A DNA stretch of 64,000 bases, taken from an uncultured Gammaproteobacteria bacterium. Lineage in GTDB: Bacteria; Pseudomonadota; Gammaproteobacteria; Magnimaribacterales; TMED112. The position numbers and the translations under genes are program-made. This document shows, piece by piece, positions 54,691-62,561 of the stretch; the first letter of the stretch is position 1, and every line of letters begins with the position of its first letter. The notes under the pieces are model-generated. The model ran no database searches and had not been told where the DNA came from. It saw nothing but the letters and a program-made list of their open reading frames with translations. Location of the stretch: NCBI GenBank assembly GCA_964575305.1, contig CAZNPG010000002.1, positions 18,026 to 82,025 of the forward strand. Reading direction: 5' to 3'.

Positions 54691-55962
54691 TTAGCCTGTT
54701 ATTTTGGTAAAGACTTCATTAATCTTATCAAGACCCCAATCTAATTCCTCTTTTGTAATCACTAAAGGTGGGGCAAATCTGATTGTTGTTTCATGAGTCT
54801 CTTTGCAAAGAATTCCGTGATCTAGACACATCTTTGATAAGTCTTTTCCAGAAATCAGTTCAGGATCAATTTCAACACCGAGCCATAAACCCATTCCTCG
54901 AATCTCTTTAATAAGTTTTGAGTTCATCCCAAGTAAAGATTCTTTGAAGTAATCGCCCATTAATCTACTATTTTCAATTAAATCTTCTTCATCCAGTAAT
55001 TCCAGTGATCTCTTTGCTATCGCGGCAGCAAGAGGATTACCTCCAAAAGTTGAACCATGTGATCCAGGATCCATCCACTGCATTACTTCTTTTGAGGTTA
55101 GAAAGCATGATACGGGCATGAATCCTCCACCCAAAGCTTTACCAAGGATTAAGCCATCAGGTCTTGATTCTCTTACCTGATCGTCTTCACAGCCTATATT
55201 GCAATTACAATCTCCACAAGAATGCTGGTAAGCAAATAATTTCCCTGTTCTTCCTAGACCTGATTGAATTTCGTCTAATAACATAAGAACATTATTTTTT
55301 GTGCAGATTTCTCTAACCTCTCTCAAATAATTTTCAGGTGGTACGATTATTCCGCCCTCACCTTGTATAGGTTCAATTAAAACTGCTGCTGTATTTTCAT
55401 TTATTGCTGTCTCTATAGATTTAGAACACCCATATTTTACAGCCTTAAATCCAGGAGTATGTGGCCCAAAATCTTCTTTAGAGTTTTCATCTGTAGAGAA
55501 ACTAATTATTGTTGTGGTTCTACCATGGAAATTACCTTCCGCTACAATAATTTCCGCTTTACCAGGCTCTACTTTCTTAGTTCTATAGGCCCATCTTCTA
55601 GATGATTTTATTGCTGTCTCTACTGCTTCAGCACCTGAGTTCATTGGAAGACACATTTCAAAGCCACTCATTTTTGTAATGGTCTCTAAGTAAGGTCCTA
55701 GTGTATCTGTATAAAATGCTCTTGAAGTTAAAGAAAGCCTACTAGACTGTTCATGAAAAACTCTTAAAAGCTCAGGATGTGCGTGCCCATGACTTACAGC
55801 AGAATAGCCTGACATCATATCAAGATATTTCTTTTCATTTACATCCCATGCCCAGACCCCTTTTGCTTTTGATAATACAACTGGTAAAGGCTTATAATTA
55901 TCTGGGCCAAATATTGACTCTTTTTTTATTAGGCTATTTTGAATATCATTTACCACTGACAA
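54691..55962 (-). CDS. rocD: Ornithine aminotransferase (class III PLP aminotransferase) with a Cys-rich insertion
   Basis: 423 aa. NYKPLPVVLSKAKGVWAWDVNEKKYLDMMSGYSAVSHGHAHPE...LTSRAFY aligns closely with OAT (NYHPLPVAL..GKG.Y.WDVEG..Y.DFLS.YSAVNQGHCHP...LTSRAFY). It also has DEIQSGLGRTG and LGKALGGG. Confidence 0.85.
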   Translation of the reverse strand: MSVVNDIQNSLIKKESIFGPDNYKPLPVVLSKAKGVWAWDVNEKKYLDMMSGYSAVSHGHAHPELLRVFHEQSSRLSLTSRAFYTDTLGPYLETITKMSGFEMCLPMNSGAEAVETAIKSSRRWAYRTKKVEPGKAEIIVAEGNFHGRTTTIISFSTDENSKEDFGPHTPGFKAVKYGCSKSIETAINENTAAVLIEPIQGEGGIIVPPENYLREVREICTKNNVLMLLDEIQSGLGRTGKLFAYQHSCGDCNCNIGCEDDQVRESRPDGLILGKALGGGFMPVSCFLTSKEVMQWMDPGSHGSTFGGNPLAAAIAKRSLELLDEEDLIENSRLMGDYFKESLLGMNSKLIKEIRGMGLWLGVEIDPELISGKDLSKMCLDHGILCKETHETTIRFAPPLVITKEELDWGLDKINEVFTKITG

Positions 55963-56000
55963 TATTCTAATAGCAAATATTTTGTACTGCTAGCTAAAAT

Positions 56001-56900
56001 ATGAAAGATAAACAATCTACAAATAAGATCTTCATGGTAGAGCCTGAGGTGTTTTTTATGAATCCTCAAACTGCTTCGAGCAATCATTATCAACTTGATG
56101 ATAAGCATGAAAATTCAAATCAAATCCTAGATTCTGCAATACAAGAGTTCAAGAAATTCAAGAACTGTCTAGAAAGCAATGGTGTTGAAGTCATAGCTCT
56201 TAAAGGCTCATCAGAATGCCCTGATCATATTTTTCCTAATTGGTTTATAACATTTGAAAATAAAACTTTTCAAATATTTAGCATGCTTGCAGAAAATAGA
56301 AGGCTTGAGAAAACTCCTGAGATGATTAATTACCTTAAACAAGATTATGAGTTAACCGAAGATATGAGCAATTTAGAATCTGAAAATAAATTTTTGGAAT
56401 CAACAAGCAGCATGGTATTCGATAGAACAAATAGGATTGTCTATTTAACAGTATCTCCAAGGGCAAATGCTGAACTAGCTAAAGAATGGTGCACAAGAAA
56501 TAATTATGAACTGGTAATGTTTGAGACTGAAAGCCATACCGGAAGCCCTATATACCATACAGATGTTTTAATGTATGTTGGAACAACTGCCATTGGAGTA
56601 TGTTTTGATGTAATTAAATCAGAGTATAGGGATCATGTTAGGGAAATGACGAATAAACATCATGAAGTCATTGAAATAAAGAAAGAGCAATTATTAGACT
56701 TCTGCGGGAACTGTTTAGAGGTACCAAATAAAAATGGCGAGCTTCTGCTCGCCATGTCTTCAAGAGCTTTTAATAGTTACTCCGATGAACAAAAATTAAA
56801 ACTTGCCAAGCATTTTAATAAAATTGTTCACTCAGATATACCAACTATCGAAAAGTACGGAGGCGGCTCCGCAAGATGTATGATCGCTGAGCTATTCTGA
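56001..56900 (+). CDS. Amidinotransferase-superfamily hydrolase, CtlX-like (citrulline utilisation) / arginine-deiminase-related
   Basis: 299 aa. The N-terminus has IFMVEPEVFFMNPQTA. The C-terminus has the catalytic-Cys motif GGGSARCMIAELF, typical of the guanidino-group-modifying superfamily. It is divergent from rocD. Confidence 0.55.
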   Translation: MKDKQSTNKIFMVEPEVFFMNPQTASSNHYQLDDKHENSNQILDSAIQEFKKFKNCLESNGVEVIALKGSSECPDHIFPNWFITFENKTFQIFSMLAENRRLEKTPEMINYLKQDYELTEDMSNLESENKFLESTSSMVFDRTNRIVYLTVSPRANAELAKEWCTRNNYELVMFETESHTGSPIYHTDVLMYVGTTAIGVCFDVIKSEYRDHVREMTNKHHEVIEIKKEQLLDFCGNCLEVPNKNGELLLAMSSRAFNSYSDEQKLKLAKHFNKIVHSDIPTIEKYGGGSARCMIAELF

Positions 56901-58958
56901 ATCAGAAAATTCTAATTTTACTTTTCCGTCTCTTCTAATCTCAGTTACTTTTACTCTTACTTTATCGCCTTCGTTGATCACATCAGTGAGCTGCTCAAAG
57001 TCTTGTTTGAATTGGGAGATATGAAGCAAACCATCTTTTCCAGGCATAAATGTAACAAATGCGCCAAACTCCATAATCTTTGCTACAACAGCATCATAAT
57101 CCTTTCCAACTTCAGGCTCAGCACATAAAAGCTCTATCTTTGCTTTTGCAGCTTCTGCTACTTCTTTATTCTCTCCAAAAACATTAACTTCTCCAGAATC
57201 TTGGAGTTCTATAGTTACTCCAAACTCCTCTTGCAAGCCTTTAATAGTTGACCCACCTTTTCCGATGACTACTTTCACCTTATCTTTGTGAACTTTAAAC
57301 TTACAGAAATAAGGTGCTAGTCCAGTTAATTCATTTGGTTTAGATAAGACCTTATCCATTTCACCAAGAATATGCATTCTTGCATCCTTTGCCTGAGTTA
57401 ATGCTTTCTCTAAAATTTCTTCATTGATGCCTTCAATCTTGATATCCATCTGTAGACCAGATACGCCATTTTTAGTACCAGCTACTTTGAAGTCCATATC
57501 TCCAAGATGATCTTCATCTCCTAATATATCTGTTAAGACTTCATATCTATCTTCATCTTTTACAAGACCCATAGCTACGCCAGCAATATTTTCTTTTACA
57601 GGTATACCTGCAGCCATCATTGCTAAGCTTCCGCCACATACTGATGCCATTGAACTTGAACCATTTGATTCAGTAATCTCACTGACAACTCTAATTGCAT
57701 AAGGAAATTCTTCTAAGCTTGGAACTGCAAACTGTAAAGATCTTTTTGCTAAAGCTCCATGTCCGATTTCTCTTCTCTTTGGGCCCATTGGGAAGCCTAA
57801 TTCACCAACACTATAACTTGGGAAATTGTAATGCAGCATAAAGTTATCTTTAACCTCGCCGGCTAAAGAGTCCACAATTTGCACATCTCTTCCAGATCCA
57901 AGTGTTGCTGTTACTATCGCTTGAGTTTCACCTCTGGTGAATAAAGCTGAACCATGCACTGAAGGCAAGAAGTTAGTTTCAATACTTATATTTCTTACTT
58001 CTGTTAGCCCTCTACCATCAATTCTATTTTGATTAGCTAATATGTTTTCTCTAACAATATGTTTTTCAACTTCTTTGAATTGTTTGAGATAACTGTTGTG
58101 TTGCTCTTCTTCTAATCCTTCTAAAAGCTCTTGCTTAACAGCTGAAATTTTTTCGCCTCTTTCTTTTTTATCTGTAGTTGTGAATGCATCACTTAAACCT
58201 TTTGTACATTTCTCACTAACTTCAGCAAAGATTTTTTCTTCTTCATCTTTATTAGGGTTAACGTGTTCTTTCCTTTCGGGAAGAACTTCTTTTGCAAAAT
58301 CGTCTATTGCTTTGATGACTGGTTTCATTTCTTGGTGTCCATAAAGTATCGCACCAATCATTAAATCTTCACTTAACTCATTTGCATCTGACTCTACCAT
58401 CAATACTGCACTTTCAGAGCCTGCAACAACCATATCAAGATCTGAATTTTCCAGATCAGAGAATGATGGATTTAAAACATATTCATCTTCAACAAAACCC
58501 ACTCTTGCAGCAGCCATTGGTCCTTTAAAAGGAACATCTGCTATAGACATTGCAGCAGATGCAGCCATTAATGCTACGACATCTGGTGGATTTTCCTTAT
58601 CTAATGAAAGTAACATGCAGTTAACCTGAACTTCATCCTTATAAAAATCTGGGAATAATGGTCTCAGAGGCCTATCTATTAATCTAGAAGTCAGAGTCTC
58701 AACTTCGGTTGGTCTTCCTTCTCTTTTGAAATAACCTCCTGGTATTTTTCCAGCTGAATAGGTTTTTTCCATATAGTGAACACTTAGAGGGAAGAAATCT
58801 CTCCCTACTTCACTTTGTTTAGTTACTACAGCACACATAACAACTGTTCCGCCCATTGAGGCAATAACTGATGCTGTTGCTTGTCTAGCTATCTTTCCAG
58901 TCTCTAATACGAGTGTCTTTGATCCCATTGGGATCTCTTTTCTTATAATATTTTTCAT
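56892..58958 (-). CDS. pnp: Polyribonucleotide nucleotidyltransferase (PNPase)
   Basis: 688 aa. The N-terminus has LETGKIARQATASV. It has two RNase PH domains plus KH and S1 (GKDYDAVVAKIMEFGAFV). Confidence 0.95.
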   Translation of the reverse strand: MKNIIRKEIPMGSKTLVLETGKIARQATASVIASMGGTVVMCAVVTKQSEVGRDFFPLSVHYMEKTYSAGKIPGGYFKREGRPTEVETLTSRLIDRPLRPLFPDFYKDEVQVNCMLLSLDKENPPDVVALMAASAAMSIADVPFKGPMAAARVGFVEDEYVLNPSFSDLENSDLDMVVAGSESAVLMVESDANELSEDLMIGAILYGHQEMKPVIKAIDDFAKEVLPERKEHVNPNKDEEEKIFAEVSEKCTKGLSDAFTTTDKKERGEKISAVKQELLEGLEEEQHNSYLKQFKEVEKHIVRENILANQNRIDGRGLTEVRNISIETNFLPSVHGSALFTRGETQAIVTATLGSGRDVQIVDSLAGEVKDNFMLHYNFPSYSVGELGFPMGPKRREIGHGALAKRSLQFAVPSLEEFPYAIRVVSEITESNGSSSMASVCGGSLAMMAAGIPVKENIAGVAMGLVKDEDRYEVLTDILGDEDHLGDMDFKVAGTKNGVSGLQMDIKIEGINEEILEKALTQAKDARMHILGEMDKVLSKPNELTGLAPYFCKFKVHKDKVKVVIGKGGSTIKGLQEEFGVTIELQDSGEVNVFGENKEVAEAAKAKIELLCAEPEVGKDYDAVVAKIMEFGAFVTFMPGKDGLLHISQFKQDFEQLTDVINEGDKVRVKVTEIRRDGKVKLEFSDSE

Positions 58959-58961
58959 AAT

Positions 58962-59231
58962 TTAGTCTCTTAGATTTAATTCTTTTACGAGCTTCTGATA
59001 AGCAGCAGAATCAGACTTCTTTAGATAACTTAAAAGCTTCTTTCTATCACTAACTATTTGTAAAAGGCCAGTTCTAGAATGATTATCTTTTTTGTGTTCT
59101 TTAAAGTGACTTTGCAATTCTTCAATTCTTTCGGTTAATAAAGCTATCTGCACAGATGCAGAACCTGTATCTGTTTCTGTTTTTCCAAATTTTTTTATAA
59201 CTGCTTGAGTTTTTTCTTTACTTAAGCTCAT
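58962..59231 (-). CDS. rpsO: 30S ribosomal protein S15
   Basis: 89 aa. It has DTGSASVQIALLTERI..L..HFK.HKKDNHSR.GLL. Confidence 0.95.
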   Translation of the reverse strand: MSLSKEKTQAVIKKFGKTETDTGSASVQIALLTERIEELQSHFKEHKKDNHSRTGLLQIVSDRKKLLSYLKKSDSAAYQKLVKELNLRD

Positions 59232-60114
59232 TTTCTTTTTTTTCTCCTTTCGTTAAAACTTTTAGAGGATTTATATGTAATTCGTTATCCACTAAACCTA
59301 ATCCCAATAATTCCTTTTTGTAAAAAATAAAATGTTTTCCAGTCTTTTCTATTTCCCTTGCCTCTAATTGGCACCCATTTTGAAATTTCTTAACTTCAGA
59401 AGACCTTATTTCTACCTGTGGGATATCTATTAAAATTTCTTCAACCCGCCTAACATACTGCATTTTTTGGTTTTTGTCCAAATTTTTTAATTCAGATAAT
59501 GAGATGGAATCATCTAAATTTAAATGGCCAAATTTTGTTCTCTGTAATTCACATAAAGAAACAGACTGGTTGAGTCTTTTACCTATATCGACACCTAATG
59601 TTCTGATATAAGTCCCCTTGCTACAACATACTTTTATTTTGAATCTTGGAAATTCGTACTCCAGCAAATTAATTTCATGAATATTAATTTTTTGTTCTTT
59701 TCTGTCAAACTCTTCGCCCTTTCTTGCTAGCTTATACATCGGAATACCATTAATCTTTTTGGCTGAAAATTTTGGGGGCACTTGTGTTTGTTCACCTAAA
59801 AATGAGTCTAAAGTTTTACAAAGCTGGTCTTTAGTTGGTTCTTCTTCATAATCTTTGTAAGTAAGTATCCCTGAAATATCTTCAGTATTTGAGCTTATGC
59901 CAAAGATATATTCTGCTATGTACTCTTTTGACTCAGTATTAAAGTACTGAAGAAATTTTGTTGATTGCTCAAAAAATATTGGCAATAAACCGGTTGCAAG
60001 AGGATCTAATGTTCCGCCGTGTCCAGCTTTTGAAAATCCAAGATTTTTTTGTGCTTGCTTGAGAGCATAAAACGATGTCATGCCCTTATCTTTATTCAAA
60101 AGCAATATGCTCAT
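59218..60114 (-). CDS. truB: tRNA pseudouridine-55 synthase
   Basis: 298 aa. It has the catalytic motif GHGGTLDPLATGLLPI. Confidence 0.9.
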   Translation of the reverse strand: MSILLLNKDKGMTSFYALKQAQKNLGFSKAGHGGTLDPLATGLLPIFFEQSTKFLQYFNTESKEYIAEYIFGISSNTEDISGILTYKDYEEEPTKDQLCKTLDSFLGEQTQVPPKFSAKKINGIPMYKLARKGEEFDRKEQKINIHEINLLEYEFPRFKIKVCCSKGTYIRTLGVDIGKRLNQSVSLCELQRTKFGHLNLDDSISLSELKNLDKNQKMQYVRRVEEILIDIPQVEIRSSEVKKFQNGCQLEAREIEKTGKHFIFYKKELLGLGLVDNELHINPLKVLTKGEKKENELK

Positions 60115-60116
60115 AT

Positions 60117-60452
60117 TTATAATTTTTCAATCAAGTCGTCTATTTTTCTTACATTATCAATGTGCTCATCATAGAAAAATTTTAACTCTGGAACTCTTTT
60201 CAAAGGAAGAATGCCAGACAATCCCTTTCTAATCATCCAAGCATTCTCATTTAGATATTTTTGCAAGTCTTTATTAGATAGTTCAGAGTTTATAGTAGAA
60301 AAAAATACCCTAGCACTTGAAAGGTCTCGTGCTGTGTCGACATGATTAATGCTTATGAAACCACAAGAATTTTTTAAATCAGAATTTTGAATAAAAGAAG
60401 CAATCTCTTTTTTTAGGTTATCGTTGACCCTAACAATTCTATCTTTTTCCAT
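60117..60452 (-). CDS. rbfA: Ribosome-binding factor A
   Basis: 111 aa. It has RVNDNLKKEIASFI and a KH-like fold pattern. It sits between infB and truB. Confidence 0.9.
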   Translation of the reverse strand: MEKDRIVRVNDNLKKEIASFIQNSDLKNSCGFISINHVDTARDLSSARVFFSTINSELSNKDLQKYLNENAWMIRKGLSGILPLKRVPELKFFYDEHIDNVRKIDDLIEKL

Positions 60453-60455
60453 TTG

Positions 60456-62546
60456 TTATAAAGATCTTTTTTCTTCTTTCTGCTCGAAGTTTTCGATTAC
60501 ATCGCCAGGCTTAATATCAAGATAATTTTTTATACCAATACCACACTCAGTTCCATTTTGAACTTCTTTAACATCGTCTTTAAATCTTCTTAATGAATCA
60601 AGTTCGCCTTCATGAATAACAACACTATCTCTAAGTACTCTTACATGCTTCTCTCTTTTCACAAGACCTTCTGTAACCAAACAACCAGCGACTAGACCAA
60701 ACTCAGGAGATTTGAATACTTCCTTAACTTCAGCAAGCCCAAGAATTTTCTCTGAATATATTGGTTTTAGCAAACCTGATAATAATCGTCTTGTATCTTC
60801 TATAAGATCATATATGACACTGTAGTAGTTTACTTCTATACCTTGTTCTTCTAATAGTTTTTTAGCTTTATTATCTGATCTAACATTAAAACCAAAAATT
60901 CTTGCTCCCGTAGTTATAGCAAGATTAACATCGGATTCAGTTATTCCACCAACACCAGAACTTACAATATCTACATCAACTTCATCATTTCCAATTTTAA
61001 GTAAAGATGCATTTATTGCTTCATTTGTTCCTGCTACATCGGACTTTACAATAATTCTTAGTTTATTAATTTTTTCCTGGTCTAAAAGGTCGAAGGCAGT
61101 TTGAGATGTCATAATATTTTTATCAGCTTTTTGTTTTAAATATGCATTCCTCTCATCGACTATATTTCTTGCATCTTTTTCTGTATTCATTACATTGAAT
61201 ACTTCGCCTGCAGGAACACAATCTTCTAAACCTAGGACTTCAACAGGTGTAGAGGGTCCTGCTTCTTTAATTAGTTCGCCTGAACTATTAACTAAAGATT
61301 TTATTTTTCCTTTCTTCTCTGCTGCAACAATAATGTCCCCAACTTTTAAAATTCCTTTTTGCACAAGAAATGTTCCAAGAGGCCCTTTAAATCGATCTAA
61401 TTCTGATTCTAAGATGACGCCCATTGCTGGACCATCTTGAGGTGCCTTAAGCTCTAATAACTCAGATTCCAACTCTATTGCATTCAATAATGAATCTATA
61501 CCATCTTTTGTTATGGCAGAAACCGGGATCATTTGATTCTTACCTCCCCAGTCCTCAGGTACTAACTCATATTTAGCTAAATCTCCTTTAACTTTATCTA
61601 CATCAGCTGCTTCTAAATCCATTTTATTTATTGCGACAATTATTGGGACCTCTGCTGCCTTGGCATGTGTAATTGCCTCAATCGTTTGGGGTTTAACACT
61701 ATCATTAGCAGCTACAACCAGAATTACTATGTCTGTTGTATTCGCTCCCCTAGCTCTCATTGCTGTAAAAGCTTCATGTCCAGGAGTATCAATAAAAGTA
61801 ATCTTTCCTGATTTTGTTTTAACTTCATATGCTGCAATATGTTGAGTAATTCCTCCTGACTCACCATCAACTACATTTGTAGATTTAATTGCATCAAGCA
61901 ATGAGGTCTTACCATGATCTACATGACCCATAACAGTAACAACTGAGTGCCTTGCTTTTTGTGAACCTTCATCTGAATAGCTATTTTCAATTTGAGGGTA
62001 ATCGGTTGTTTCTTCACTAAGTTGCTGCTCTTCTTCAAACTTAACTGCAAATCCAAATTCTTCAGCAACTAATACAGCAGTTTCTTGATCTACCTCATCA
62101 TTTAATGAAACCATTTCACCAAGCTCCATGAGCTTTTTAACTACTTCGTTTCCTCTTCTATTTAATTTTCTGGATAAGTCATTTACACGGATTGAGCCAT
62201 TTATATTGACAGTTTTTTTTGGTTTTTCTTTTGCAGGCTCAGAATCTTTTTTGACTACAGCTGGTTTTGATTTTTTGACAGGTTCGGCTTTTTCTTCAGG
62301 TTTTGGCTTTTCTATAGGTTCGGGTTTCTCCTTTTGCGGCTCAAGCTCTTTGGGAACTTCTACTTTTTTTTCAGAAACTGGTGAATCTTTTGCACTTCTT
62401 ATATAAGCAAGGAGTTTTTGTTTATCTTCTGTGGAAACTAAATCATCTAAGCTTTTTTGAGATAGCCCAGCAGCAATCATTTTTTCAAGAAGCGCATTAG
62501 GATCTATCTTTAAAATTTCAGAAAGTTTTTTTACTGATATATCCAT
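60456..62546 (-). CDS. infB: Translation initiation factor IF-2
   Basis: 696 aa. It has a K/E/P-rich N-terminal linker, a G domain (GHVDHGKTSLLD, DTPGHEAF, NKMD) and C-terminal domains. Confidence 0.95.
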   Translation of the reverse strand: MDISVKKLSEILKIDPNALLEKMIAAGLSQKSLDDLVSTEDKQKLLAYIRSAKDSPVSEKKVEVPKELEPQKEKPEPIEKPKPEEKAEPVKKSKPAVVKKDSEPAKEKPKKTVNINGSIRVNDLSRKLNRRGNEVVKKLMELGEMVSLNDEVDQETAVLVAEEFGFAVKFEEEQQLSEETTDYPQIENSYSDEGSQKARHSVVTVMGHVDHGKTSLLDAIKSTNVVDGESGGITQHIAAYEVKTKSGKITFIDTPGHEAFTAMRARGANTTDIVILVVAANDSVKPQTIEAITHAKAAEVPIIVAINKMDLEAADVDKVKGDLAKYELVPEDWGGKNQMIPVSAITKDGIDSLLNAIELESELLELKAPQDGPAMGVILESELDRFKGPLGTFLVQKGILKVGDIIVAAEKKGKIKSLVNSSGELIKEAGPSTPVEVLGLEDCVPAGEVFNVMNTEKDARNIVDERNAYLKQKADKNIMTSQTAFDLLDQEKINKLRIIVKSDVAGTNEAINASLLKIGNDEVDVDIVSSGVGGITESDVNLAITTGARIFGFNVRSDNKAKKLLEEQGIEVNYYSVIYDLIEDTRRLLSGLLKPIYSEKILGLAEVKEVFKSPEFGLVAGCLVTEGLVKREKHVRVLRDSVVIHEGELDSLRRFKDDVKEVQNGTECGIGIKNYLDIKPGDVIENFEQKEEKRSL

Positions 62547-62561
62547 ACTATAGCTACCTCC

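Noticed and set aside
52236-56900. The possibility that the lineage-specific block next to tRNA-Met is an integrated genomic island.
   Set aside because: I found no integrase, no phage or conjugation genes, and no direct repeat of the tRNA 3' end downstream by eye. The composition looks like the rest of the window. The only integrase-like sequence, the petA N-terminal extension, is 28 kb away and unrelated.
62250-62400. A repetitive K/E/P-rich coding stretch in infB (KPEPIEKPKPEEKAEPVKKSKP...), considered as a tandem repeat or hypervariable element.
   Set aside because: Low-complexity charged linkers are a normal feature of the IF-2 N-terminal region. No exact nucleotide-level tandem repeat unit was seen.
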